From Bacteroidia bacterium (GTDB lineage Bacteria > Bacteroidota > Bacteroidia > M30B66): 64,000 nucleotides of DNA. Each line of letters opens with the position of its first letter. Position 1 is the stretch's first letter. Both the position numbers and the translations under genes were made by a program. The notes beneath the pieces were generated by a model. That model was not told the DNA's origin, did no database searches, and was given only the letters and a program-made list of their open reading frames with translations. Positions 1 to 9,573 of this stretch are shown one piece after another. The stretch is taken from NCBI GenBank assembly GCA_965279035.1, contig OZ257142.1:3360001-3424000 (forward strand), read 5' to 3'.

Positions 1-340
1 GAAGAGCAACTTTGTCATTCCCAAGCTTTTGATATCCGATTTCATAACAATAAACTACAAGATCGCCCTTGGGATTCATTCCTTGATGTGTAAAATACCG
101 GAAATCAAAACCACAGGAACTGAGATAAGCCGTATGAACTCTTCTGGTTTTACTAAGAAAGCATTGCTGAAGAATTCTTCTATTTCGTGAAAGAATGAGA
201 TTAACTTCTTTCACAGCTTCACTTTGATTTAATCGTTCTCGATTATGATAAACGTTTCTACAGATATCAGAACAAAAACGTTTGTCGCTACGCCCATGGA
301 CGATTTCGCCGCATTCGGGGCAATTTTTATTAGAATACAT
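1..340 (-). CDS. Zn-ribbon-type conserved Bacteroidota hypothetical protein, 3' end beyond window
   Basis: Not in ORF track. Manual translation from ATG at 340: MYSNKNCPECGEIVHGRSDKRFCSDICRNVYHN...GFDFRYFTH...YCYEIGY, open to position 1; CxxC...FCxxxC motif. Confidence 0.8.
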   Translation of the reverse strand, partial: MYSNKNCPECGEIVHGRSDKRFCSDICRNVYHNRERLNQSEAVKEVNLILSRNRRILQQCFLSKTRRVHTAYLSSCGFDFRYFTHQGMNPKGDLVVYCYEIGYQKLGNDKVAL

Positions 341-430
341 AATGAATTAGATAAGGATAAAATTAATGTGAGATCAAACTTAGAAGAACTAGTTCAAAAA
401 GTCAAGTCAAGAATTGAAGTTTATCACCGA

Positions 431-480
431 TAGCCGTTTTAAACGTTTATATACGTATATAAATGTTTACTATACGACTA
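431..480. promoter_or_regulatory. ~10-bp-periodic operator-like array containing a 28-bp near-perfect palindrome
   Basis: AAACGTTTATATAC-GTATATAAATGTTT at 441-468 (1 mismatch), between the divergent Zn-ribbon gene and ssb. Confidence 0.5.
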
Positions 481-571
481 ATTGAAAAAGCAGCCAGTAT
501 GTTTGTCCTGTCAATTGATAACCGGAACGAACGGGTGCACCCATTTCTTTTATCATTTAATTATTAAACGT

Positions 572-925
572 ATGAACAACTTAAAAAACTCAGTCCGCCT
601 GATTGGAAATCTGGGTGGCAATCCGGAAGTGCGAGAGCTTCCAAGTGGAAAAAAGCTAGCGAAATTTTTCTTAGCAACAACCGACAAATTCAAAGACAGC
701 GAAGGAAAGCTGGTGAATGAAACTCAATGGCATAATTTAGTTGCCTGGGGAAAGACAGCCGATTTCATTGAAAAGTATGTCGAAAAAGGCCAAGAAATAG
801 CTGTCGAAGGCAAACTTCAAAGTCGCTCCTATTCGGATAAAGAAGGAACGAAAAAATACATCACTGAAATTTCGGTGAATGAGATTTTAAAGATTGGAAG
901 TGGGAAAAAAATGGTTCGTGAATGA
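572..925 (+). CDS. ssb: Single-stranded DNA-binding protein, short paralog without acidic tail
   Basis: NSVRLIGNLGGNPE...ETQWHNLVAWGK...VEGKLQSRSY OB-fold motifs; ATG 572 preferred over TTG 482. Confidence 0.93.
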   Translation: MNNLKNSVRLIGNLGGNPEVRELPSGKKLAKFFLATTDKFKDSEGKLVNETQWHNLVAWGKTADFIEKYVEKGQEIAVEGKLQSRSYSDKEGTKKYITEISVNEILKIGSGKKMVRE

Positions 926-932
926 ATCAACT

Positions 933-965
933 GGGAGCAGTTTGAAATTTCAGACTGTTCCCTTT
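933..965 (+). terminator. Putative intrinsic terminator after ssb
   Basis: GGGAGCAGTTTGAA-loop-TTCAGACTGTTCCC followed by TTT. Confidence 0.55.
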
Positions 966-1055
966 ACATTTCATGTAAGAAGGAACGTAAATCAGAAATG
1001 AAGTAGCGAAACTAGGAAATTGAATGTGCGTTAAACTGCCTACATCTAAGCATTA

Positions 1056-2408
1056 ATGTTACATTCTAATTTCATATGGTCAATTCTATCTACCCTCTTA
1101 TTATTAGGAGGCATGGTATTGATTTATGATTCTTTTCGGGTATGCAGTAAAATTATAACACTTACTGATGGCGAATCGAGAAAGAATTGGCTGTGGATAA
1201 AAAAATCAATCATTGTATTTTTTATTCTGTTTGGATTATCGGTGATTGGCACTTGGAGTGACTTTCAACCGTGGATTGTTATATTAATGTCGGTCATATT
1301 ATTTGGTGGAGCTGCCTTTGTGAATCGGATTTTAAGTTTGGCTAAATCGAGTTTAGTAACTTTAAACCAAACGCATCATTTACAACAATTTTTGGAAGAG
1401 ATATTCCAAACAATGGGAGATGCATTGATTGTAGCTGATAAACAAGGAAGAATAACATTAGTAAATAATTGTTTGGTTAAGCTAATCCAACAGCCTAAGG
1501 AAAAGTTGATAGGAATGAAAGCCGAAGAATTATTTGTAAGTGAAATAAGTGATATGCCTGGAGTGCAGCATGAGAATGGATTAATCATGCCTCATTTAAA
1601 AGAACTACCAGTTTTAGTTACAATTTCGCATACATCTGAATTGGGAGAACAAGTACAAATTATTGTTGTACAAGACATTCGAAATCAGAAAGAGAATGAG
1701 AGAAGGTTGAAAAAATACCTTCAAAAAATCGAGCAAAATAATTTAGAATTAGAGCAATTCTCTTATGTAGCAGCGCATGACCTGAAGGCTCCTTTGAGAG
1801 CTATTCAAAATTTAGCGGAATTTATTGAAGAAGATTTAAAGACTGTTCCAGTGGAAGTGATGTCTAATTTTAAATTAATAAAAGGCAGAATTTCCCGAAT
1901 GGAAAATTTAATTAATGGATTATTGGAATATGCACGTGTAGGAAAAAGAGGTGTTGATTTAGAGTTAACCAATGTGAATCAATTGGTAGCAGATATTATT
2001 GATAATCTGGGAGTTCAATCAAAATCAAAAATTGAAGTAGAAACAGAATTACCAATCATTTACACGCATAAATTATTGCTAGAACAGGTATTTTCCAATT
2101 TGATTAGTAATGCATATAAATACAATTCCAATCCAGAACCTGTGATTCGAATTTCTTCAAAAATTGAAGGTCAGAAGTTGGAATTTTCTGTAAGTGATAA
2201 TGGACCTGGAATTCCTGAAGAAAGCAAAGAGAAAATCTTTCGGATCTTCCAAACATTGCAAGCACGAGATAATTTTGAAAGTACTGGAATTGGCTTATCG
2301 ATCGTAAAAAAGATCGTAGAAGAAACCGGTTGCAAAATAAAAATTGATTCTGAAATTGGTCAAGGAAGTACTTTTCGTTTTACCTGGCCATTATCAGGTG
2401 CAGCTTAA
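1056..2408 (+). CDS. Membrane-bound PAS-domain sensor histidine kinase
   Basis: N-terminal TM helices, PAS-like segment, H-box AAHDLKAPL, N box NLISNA, DNGPG and STGIGL boxes. Confidence 0.92.
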   Translation: MLHSNFIWSILSTLLLLGGMVLIYDSFRVCSKIITLTDGESRKNWLWIKKSIIVFFILFGLSVIGTWSDFQPWIVILMSVILFGGAAFVNRILSLAKSSLVTLNQTHHLQQFLEEIFQTMGDALIVADKQGRITLVNNCLVKLIQQPKEKLIGMKAEELFVSEISDMPGVQHENGLIMPHLKELPVLVTISHTSELGEQVQIIVVQDIRNQKENERRLKKYLQKIEQNNLELEQFSYVAAHDLKAPLRAIQNLAEFIEEDLKTVPVEVMSNFKLIKGRISRMENLINGLLEYARVGKRGVDLELTNVNQLVADIIDNLGVQSKSKIEVETELPIIYTHKLLLEQVFSNLISNAYKYNSNPEPVIRISSKIEGQKLEFSVSDNGPGIPEESKEKIFRIFQTLQARDNFESTGIGLSIVKKIVEETGCKIKIDSEIGQGSTFRFTWPLSGAA

Positions 2409-2861
2409 TTAATTGGTAGTAATTGGACGATCATCCCATATAGTAGCACCATCAATTAGGTATTCTTCCAAACGTGCTTCTCCTATTTTAATGCTGACTT
2501 TATCCATTAGGAATCGAACTTCACACCGATTTTTATCTGGTAATGTAGAATCTGTATTACGAGTAGTTCCGGCGATGTAACCAATGTGAGTAACATTTCC
2601 GTGAATTGTATCTACCTGAGCTAATTCGATTGTAAACCATTTTTCTTTTTCACCTGCATTGACTTGAATGAGGTTTTTCTTCTTATTCCAATAAATGGTG
2701 TAATTCACTGGTTTTACCCCCTCAGAGAACATTTTACTTTTCCCAATCATCGAAACGCGCGTTTTTGTCCCTGAATACTCAAAGCCTTTTTTGGAATGTT
2801 GAGCAAACACTCCTGTTGAAACAGCGAAAATAAAGAAGAAAAGGATGCTAAGATTTTTCAT
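2409..2861 (-). CDS. Secreted hypothetical protein
   Basis: Signal peptide MKNLSILFFFIFAVSTGVFA/Q; ATG 2861 preferred. Confidence 0.75.
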   Translation of the reverse strand: MKNLSILFFFIFAVSTGVFAQHSKKGFEYSGTKTRVSMIGKSKMFSEGVKPVNYTIYWNKKKNLIQVNAGEKEKWFTIELAQVDTIHGNVTHIGYIAGTTRNTDSTLPDKNRCEVRFLMDKVSIKIGEARLEEYLIDGATIWDDRPITTN

Positions 2862-2984
2862 AGGAAAAGGACGAATCACAAAAATAACAAATCATCTGAT
2901 TAAAAATAGAGATTGATAGAATCATAATAAAAACTTCTTATTGCAATTTTTTATGTATTTTTTGCAACCAGAGAATGTATAAAG

Positions 2985-3536
2985 ATGGTAAGACCCGAAA
3001 TTAAATATGGCCTGCTCGGAGCAACTTTGCTTATCTGCTGGACAATAGCGCAATATTTACTTGGGTTCCATACATTTCGCCTGGGGGCTGCCACTTATGC
3101 TGGATATTTAAATTACATCATCATTTTCATAAGTCTTTGGCTTGGATTACAAGAAAAGAAAATGGATTATGGTGGAAAATTCACAGTGAGAAGAGGGGTA
3201 AAAGAGAGTATGTATCAACTCTTTATTACTGCTTCAATTTCTTCTTTTTTTATGTTTATCTATGATTATAAGATCAATCCTTTTTGGGTAGAAAATTACA
3301 TTCAATGGCAAAGAATACATGGAAATCACTCTTCTTTATTTATGCTTTTTGTAAACGATCCCAATGCAGAAGCCATTATTCTGAGTAATACTGAAACGCA
3401 TTTATGTATTTATTTTTTGGGAATAGTTGGAATCGGTGCAGGAATAGCTTTTTTACTATCAGCCATTATTGCAAATTCTAAAGCAACAATAACAACCCAA
3501 ACCAATACAAGCGTAGAGAAGGAATTAGAACTTTAG
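2985..3536 (+). CDS. DUF4199-like membrane protein
   Basis: N-terminal EIKYGL, four TM segments, YxYxINP motif. Confidence 0.7.
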   Translation: MVRPEIKYGLLGATLLICWTIAQYLLGFHTFRLGAATYAGYLNYIIIFISLWLGLQEKKMDYGGKFTVRRGVKESMYQLFITASISSFFMFIYDYKINPFWVENYIQWQRIHGNHSSLFMLFVNDPNAEAIILSNTETHLCIYFLGIVGIGAGIAFLLSAIIANSKATITTQTNTSVEKELEL

Positions 3537-4616
3537 TCCAGCTTCTATTTTCAATCCAATATCATTCTTATACACTTTCGAACTTAGGAATCGTTCGTAG
3601 ATACCAGCACCGAGATAAAAACCAACGCGTGATCGAGTTATAAAATAAAAGCTTTGTGTAGGTTCAAAACCAAAAATAAAACGGTTCGTTACTGTTGTCG
3701 TTTGAGCTAAAGGATTGAATTTCTCAAGTTCCTCAAAACCTAGAGGAATATTCATATTAAACACGAAGTGAAAATCGTCTCCAATTTTTCGCATGGCACC
3801 AACACCGATTTTCCCATAATTCAATGTTGCTTTTTCATATCCCGCTCTAACAAGTAGACCCGGATCTATCACATATTTATCGTAGGAAATTGAAAAAGGA
3901 ATAGCCCAATTCCCACGTAAGGAAGAAGAAAATCCCATATAGGAAACTCCCCAACCTTCGGCATTTGTACCAAATGCAGCATGGATAGGCAATAGACTAA
4001 CCCAAATTTTCTTTTCTGGTTCTAGTGTATTATTGAGTAAAATGCTTTTTTGCCCTTTAATTTCAGAAAATTCAATGTACTCTGTCTGCACATTTTGCCA
4101 ATTACTATTATTAAAAGCCAGAATTACATTTTCTAATACTTTACGAATTCTCCGTTCATGACTTGCCGTTACATCAGGAGCAGTTTCTTCATCAACAGCC
4201 TCTGTTTCAAAAACCTTCCCCCATTTTCCTTCTGCATTCTTTTTATAAAATTCAACTTTTATTTCTGCTTTTCCAATTTCTGATGGTCCATCAGTATGTT
4301 CTGAAATTTGGAAAAATACAACTCGCATCACAATTGGGGCTAGTGTTGTATCAGGAGTAACGGCGTAACGATAAAAATCGTTCAATGACTTTTCGAGGCC
4401 ATTTTGTAAATCAACTTGAATTTTCTTATTAAATGAACCTTTATGTACAAATCCAATTTCTGATGTATTTCCCCTACCATCAATAACTGATTGAATATAG
4501 AATTTCTGATCTGACATACGAATCATACTGTTTTTCAGGACAATGAATTCCTTTTGAGCAGAAAGCAATTGGGTAATAATCAAAAGAAAGAAAACAGTAG
4601 TCAGGCGTTTTATCAC
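3525..4616 (-). CDS. Secreted/outer-membrane hypothetical protein
   Basis: Signal peptide ending LSA/Q; beta-strand-rich C-terminal half ending in aromatic residue (AGLKF). Confidence 0.7.
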   Translation of the reverse strand: MIKRLTTVFFLLIITQLLSAQKEFIVLKNSMIRMSDQKFYIQSVIDGRGNTSEIGFVHKGSFNKKIQVDLQNGLEKSLNDFYRYAVTPDTTLAPIVMRVVFFQISEHTDGPSEIGKAEIKVEFYKKNAEGKWGKVFETEAVDEETAPDVTASHERRIRKVLENVILAFNNSNWQNVQTEYIEFSEIKGQKSILLNNTLEPEKKIWVSLLPIHAAFGTNAEGWGVSYMGFSSSLRGNWAIPFSISYDKYVIDPGLLVRAGYEKATLNYGKIGVGAMRKIGDDFHFVFNMNIPLGFEELEKFNPLAQTTTVTNRFIFGFEPTQSFYFITRSRVGFYLGAGIYERFLSSKVYKNDIGLKIEAGLKF

Positions 4617-4697
4617 AATGTGGGGTATTCAATTTAAGGATTCCAAAAGTAACATGCTCATGAGAATAAACAAGTGTCTTCCTTTAGAATGAAACGA

Positions 4698-5813
4698 TTA
4701 TCTTTTTGAAGCTATGTAAGTACTTAACGTTTGCCTGTCGGTACTAGATGGTAATAAAGGACTTACCTCAAAAAAGTAGTTTTCTTTATCTGCTATATAA
4801 TCGTACGCGAATTTTGCGAGAATCAGTTTATCTGTAGATGAGGCGAATAAAGCAACAATTTCCTTCATCTGTTTCGAAGTATAGCATTTATAGCGAGGCA
4901 ATTGTTGTTTTGCAATGTTTAGTCGAGTAGTAGAAGACGATTCATTGGCTAAAGGATCTTTGATTGTTTTAAATTCTGAATCATTTACCTTACAAGGAGG
5001 TGGTGGCAATTGAGCTTGAGCAGCAGCTCTACTTTGAATGATAAAATCGCGCAATGCAACTTGATTCGGAGCATGTGTGAATACTTGTGTCGCAAATTCA
5101 AAATTTCCTTCATCATAAATTCGCTGATAAGCCTTTTTCAATAATTCTAATCGATCATTCTCAATAGTGATTGCTGTGGCAAGTTTCATCGCTTGAGAAG
5201 TTGAAAGGCATGCAACTTCGACAATAGAAAAAGCTTCTTTGGATTTTTCTTGATCCGATTTCAGCCTAGCAATTTGACGCATATACATCATGAAATCGTT
5301 ATCAGACAAAAAGGTTTGACAATTCTTTTTCCCGTTATAAATACTAGCATCTGGATAGTTCAACAGTGGGAAATTAATTTCAATAGGTTTGGGTTGAACC
5401 GGAATTGGTTGAACAAGTACAGGCGTATTTTGAACTCTGGTAGAAGCAATATAATCGTGTAATCGAAAGGCTGAAGAGAAATAGGCAAATGAGTTATATA
5501 CATCATAGATATCTTCTTTATTTATAATGCGAGGATATGCCGATATAGCTATACCTAATCGATCATTCTCATCCGAAATAAAACCTAGAAATTCTGCTAA
5601 TTGATAAGTAGTGAGACATTCTGAACGTACAATTCCATCCAACATCGTATAGCGTTGGTTGGGAGCTTGTAATGAATTCAAATCCCTTTTTACTTGCTGA
5701 AAACGGATCGAAGAAAGCGCTTGTTGGCAATCAGGAAGTTGAGCAAATGAAATACTGCTTATTAAAACAAAAAGAATGAGAAAAAATGGAGAGAGAATGT
5801 TTGTGAGTTTCAT
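4698..5813 (-). CDS. Secreted DUF4476-repeat protein
   Basis: Signal peptide; three repeats of C(L/Y)(T/S)xxQ...F/I...D(R/K)L..A..AY..I.D. Confidence 0.75.
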   Translation of the reverse strand: MKLTNILSPFFLILFVLISSISFAQLPDCQQALSSIRFQQVKRDLNSLQAPNQRYTMLDGIVRSECLTTYQLAEFLGFISDENDRLGIAISAYPRIINKEDIYDVYNSFAYFSSAFRLHDYIASTRVQNTPVLVQPIPVQPKPIEINFPLLNYPDASIYNGKKNCQTFLSDNDFMMYMRQIARLKSDQEKSKEAFSIVEVACLSTSQAMKLATAITIENDRLELLKKAYQRIYDEGNFEFATQVFTHAPNQVALRDFIIQSRAAAQAQLPPPPCKVNDSEFKTIKDPLANESSSTTRLNIAKQQLPRYKCYTSKQMKEIVALFASSTDKLILAKFAYDYIADKENYFFEVSPLLPSSTDRQTLSTYIASKR

Positions 5814-5964
5814 AAATACGTGTAGAACCTTTATTGCCTAAAAGAAATTGTATTCTGCGAATATACCAAAAGCATTATCACCTACTCATACCATACAAAA
5901 GAGAAAGATTCACCTCAATAAATTGCTCAGGATTGACTAGGTTTGCAGCAAAGAATACCTCAAA

Positions 5965-7068
5965 ATGGACACAACATCAATAGTAAAACGCACACCTTTT
6001 TATCCTATTCATCAGCAATTAGGCGCTAAAATTCTACCATTTGCTGGATATGAAATGCCTATTACTTACGCCGGTGTAATTGCAGAACATGAATGTGTTC
6101 GAAATGCTGTTGGCGTTTTTGATGTGAGTCATATGGGAGAATTTATTCTTCGTGGAGAACATGCTCTCGAACTGATACAGAAAGTAACAAGCAATGATGC
6201 TTCGAAACTGAGCGACGGAAAAGTTCAATATTCTTGCTTTCCTAACAATCGTGGTGGAATTGTAGATGATTTATTGGTGTATCGAATCAAAGAAGATCAA
6301 TACATGTTAGTTGTCAATGCATCTAATATTGAGAAAGACTGGAATTGGTTGAAGCAAAACGACAGCTGGGGTGTTGATATGGAAGATATTTCCGAAAGAA
6401 CAGCGCTACTTGCTGTTCAAGGTCCTAAAGCTGCAGCTGCTCTTCAAAAATTAACGGATGTGAATTTGGCTGAAATGGGGTATTATACCTTTACCAAAGG
6501 AACATTTGCGGGATTTCAGAATGTATTAATTTCTGCAACTGGCTATACTGGAGCAGGTGGTTTTGAAATTTATTTCGATGTAAAACATGCAGAAGAAATC
6601 TGGAAAGCGATTTTCGAGGCAGGAGCTGAATTTGGTATTCAACCCGTTGGCTTAGCTTGTCGTGATACCTTGCGTTTGGAAATGGGATTTTGTCTTTATG
6701 GAAATGATATCAACGATCATACTTCGCCCATTGAAGCTGGTTTGGGATGGATTACTAAATTCAGTAAAGATTTTATCAATCGTCAGGAAATTGAATCTCA
6801 AAAACAACTTGGCACACAAAAAAAATTGGTTGGTTTTGAATTGCTCGACAAAGGTGTTCCTCGTCACGATTATGAAATTTGTAATGCAGATGGAGATGTT
6901 ATCGGAATTGTAACATCAGGAACAATGTCTCCAACCTTGAAAAAAGCAATTGGAATGGGCTATGTGCCGACTTCCTTGGCTAGTATTGGTTCAACCATAT
7001 ATATTCGAGTTCGAGAAAAATTATTGAAAGCACAGGTGGTGAAAATGCCCTTTTTAACCAATCAATAA
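5965..7068 (+). CDS. gcvT: Glycine cleavage system aminomethyltransferase T
   Basis: [33 protein letters not shown] motifs. Confidence 0.97.
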   Translation: MDTTSIVKRTPFYPIHQQLGAKILPFAGYEMPITYAGVIAEHECVRNAVGVFDVSHMGEFILRGEHALELIQKVTSNDASKLSDGKVQYSCFPNNRGGIVDDLLVYRIKEDQYMLVVNASNIEKDWNWLKQNDSWGVDMEDISERTALLAVQGPKAAAALQKLTDVNLAEMGYYTFTKGTFAGFQNVLISATGYTGAGGFEIYFDVKHAEEIWKAIFEAGAEFGIQPVGLACRDTLRLEMGFCLYGNDINDHTSPIEAGLGWITKFSKDFINRQEIESQKQLGTQKKLVGFELLDKGVPRHDYEICNADGDVIGIVTSGTMSPTLKKAIGMGYVPTSLASIGSTIYIRVREKLLKAQVVKMPFLTNQ

Positions 7069-7080
7069 GTAGAATCTATT

Positions 7081-7818
7081 TTGGCTAATACAATTCAAAC
7101 TTGCTTCTCCCCTGCTTTATATCCGCTTTTTGCCGATAATGAAGCAATCGTTGTTGTAGTGGATGTTCTTCGAGCTACATCGGCTATTTGTACAGCAATT
7201 CATCATGGTGTTGAACGTATGATTCCTGTTGCAGGTTTGGAAGAAGCACGTGCTTATAAAGAGCAAGGATACTTGGTTGCAGCAGAGCGAAATGCAATTA
7301 AGCAGGAAGGTTTTGATTTTGGGAATTCACCTTATCATTATATGAATGAGGAAGTTCAAGGGAAAACCATTGTGATTTCTACTACAAACGGAACTCAAGC
7401 AATTGAAGCAGCAAAAGATGCATCTGTCATTGTTATCGGTTCTTTTTTAAATATTTCTGCACTGGCCGAATGGATAAAACCGCAAGGTCGTGATGTGATT
7501 ATTTTATGTGCTGGTTGGAAGAATAAATTCAATATGGAAGATTCTCTTTTTGCCGGAGCTTTAGCTAATCAACTTCTTGCGAGTGGACAATTTTCTACAT
7601 CCTGTGATTCTACCATCTCAGCAGGCTATTTATACGAAAGAGCCTCTGAGGATCTTTATGGTTTCTTAGAAAATTCATCGCATCGGAAACGTTTGAAAAA
7701 TCTTCAGTTAGAAGAAGATATCCGTTATTGCTTGACAAAAGACACCATGCAAACAATTCCTGTTTATCATGAAGGTGGATTAATTTCTACTGTTAAATTA
7801 GCGGCTGTATTAAGTTAA
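7081..7818 (+). CDS. comB: 2-phosphosulfolactate phosphatase family protein
   Basis: VVVDVLRATS, FGNSP, TTNGT, ED..FAG motifs; TTG start. Confidence 0.9.
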   Translation: MANTIQTCFSPALYPLFADNEAIVVVVDVLRATSAICTAIHHGVERMIPVAGLEEARAYKEQGYLVAAERNAIKQEGFDFGNSPYHYMNEEVQGKTIVISTTNGTQAIEAAKDASVIVIGSFLNISALAEWIKPQGRDVIILCAGWKNKFNMEDSLFAGALANQLLASGQFSTSCDSTISAGYLYERASEDLYGFLENSSHRKRLKNLQLEEDIRYCLTKDTMQTIPVYHEGGLISTVKLAAVLS

Positions 7819-7870
7819 GTTGTCCCGAATCGGGGTTTGTGTTGCTCGAATGAACGTTTATCTTTGAGTT

Positions 7871-8851
7871 ATGATCAAGCGTATTCTCTTTCTGTTGATT
7901 CTTGCTATTGGGCCATTGCTCTATTTTATTCCCTATGCGAGCAGTTGGGGCTTTTTTGCGCACAAGGAAATCAACCGAGTAGCAGTTTTTACGCTTCCTC
8001 CCGAACTTTTTGGATTTTACAAACAGAACATCGAATTCATAACTGAGCATGCCGTTGATCCCGATAAACGCCGATATGCTGTAAAAGAAGAAGCCGCTCG
8101 TCATTTTATTGATCTCGATCGCTATGGCGCATCACCACTCGATTCGATGCCTCATAATTGGGAAGCTGCTTGTAAAAAATATACCGAAGACACCTTGCGT
8201 GCTCATGGAATTGTTCCTTGGCATATTGAAGTGATGGTGAAACGTTTGACTATGGCATTCAAGTCGAACGATTACGATCGTATTCTCCGCACTTCAGCCG
8301 ATTTAGGGCATTATATTGCCGATGCCCATGTTCCTTTGCACACCACTCGGAATTATAACGGACAGTTAACAAACCAGAAAGGGATACATGGCTTTTGGGA
8401 ATCGCGATTGCCTGAATTATTCAACGAAGATTACGACTTCTTTGTTGGAAAAGCGGTGTATGTAGAGAATCCACTTGAATTAGCTTGGAAGATTGTCGGT
8501 CAAAGTTTTGCGGCAAAAGATTCCGTATTACGTTTTGAAGCTGAATTAAACGAACGATTCCCATCGGATAGAAAGTACAGTTTCGAAAATCGTGGTGCTG
8601 CTATGATGAAAGTATATAGCGAAGATTATTCTACCGAATATAATAAGCTACTTGATGGCATGGTTGAACGACGAATGCGACAAGCCATTATCACGGTGGG
8701 TAGTTTATGGTTTACCGCTTGGGTGAATGCAGGTCAGCCTGATTTAAAGCTCTATAAAGACCGCAAAATTGGCACAGATACCGAACGTGAATTGGCCGAA
8801 GAAGAACAGAATTACCAAAAAGGAGCAATCAAAGGAAGAAGTTGTGATTGA
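7871..8851 (+). CDS. S1/P1 nuclease / zinc-dependent phospholipase C family, secreted
   Basis: Signal peptide then WGFFAH; HFIDLD, HYIADAHVPLH, HGFWE Zn ligands. Confidence 0.88.
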   Translation: MIKRILFLLILAIGPLLYFIPYASSWGFFAHKEINRVAVFTLPPELFGFYKQNIEFITEHAVDPDKRRYAVKEEAARHFIDLDRYGASPLDSMPHNWEAACKKYTEDTLRAHGIVPWHIEVMVKRLTMAFKSNDYDRILRTSADLGHYIADAHVPLHTTRNYNGQLTNQKGIHGFWESRLPELFNEDYDFFVGKAVYVENPLELAWKIVGQSFAAKDSVLRFEAELNERFPSDRKYSFENRGAAMMKVYSEDYSTEYNKLLDGMVERRMRQAIITVGSLWFTAWVNAGQPDLKLYKDRKIGTDTERELAEEEQNYQKGAIKGRSCD

Positions 8852-8871
8852 GAATAGTATGAATCTATTTT

Positions 8872-9285
8872 TTATTTAGACTTCAAATATTCTGTTAAAG
8901 AAGTAATTATCGTATCCCCTATTTCATTTAAATCTGTTAAATCTTTGTCACCAGATAGCAAATGAGTAGCTTTTCCTTCGAGTGCTAATGATAGTAGAAA
9001 ATTATCTTTAGGATCCCTACAAATAGACAATTCATTATTAACCTGTATAAATTCAGCATGCTTTTCAATTATATATAAAAGCTTAATTATATCTTCTGTA
9101 TTAAAGTATTTTCTAAACTTTGGACGACAGGCAACATCAATGAATTCTTCAACTAATTCATCACTAAACAAAAGTACAATTGAATTCGAATTGATGAGTT
9201 TGTCAAGCTTAGAGTAATTTCCAGTTAATATGAAATTTATCCAAAGATTAGTATCAATAACTACTCTATCTTTTCTTTGAATCAT
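8872..9285 (-). CDS. PIN-domain putative toxin
   Basis: VVIDTN, ELVEE, CRDPKDNFLL, SGDKDL PIN acidic residues. Confidence 0.9.
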   Translation of the reverse strand: MIQRKDRVVIDTNLWINFILTGNYSKLDKLINSNSIVLLFSDELVEEFIDVACRPKFRKYFNTEDIIKLLYIIEKHAEFIQVNNELSICRDPKDNFLLSLALEGKATHLLSGDKDLTDLNEIGDTIITSLTEYLKSK

Positions 9286-9487
9286 TCCGTTTCTCTCTAA
9301 CTATTTCAACCTCCCTTGTAATCTCTTCGATTGAGGGTAATTTGATTGAAGCTTTTTTTCTTAATCTTTTTAGAACATTACTTAGATTTTCATCCGTTTT
9401 CCGAATAGAGATTAAGTTCAAATCAGCTAAATCTTGAAGTAGTTTGACAGCTTTAGGGTCTAATACGTCTATCTGATATGTTTTCAT
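9266..9487 (-). CDS. Putative antitoxin
   Basis: 73 aa, directly upstream of and overlapping the PIN gene by 20 nt; C-terminal SIEEITREVEIVRE helix. Confidence 0.75.
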   Translation of the reverse strand: MKTYQIDVLDPKAVKLLQDLADLNLISIRKTDENLSNVLKRLRKKASIKLPSIEEITREVEIVREKRNDSKKR

Positions 9488-9573
9488 ATTTCAAATGTAG
9501 TAGTTTTAATTAATCGTTGTCATCTCTAAAATGAAGCGATAATTTCAAGAATTTTTTGTTTAATAAAAAATTT

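Noticed and set aside
245-433. 62-aa + strand ORF
   Set aside because: Overlaps the better-supported minus-strand Zn-ribbon gene and its promoter region; no recognisable motif.
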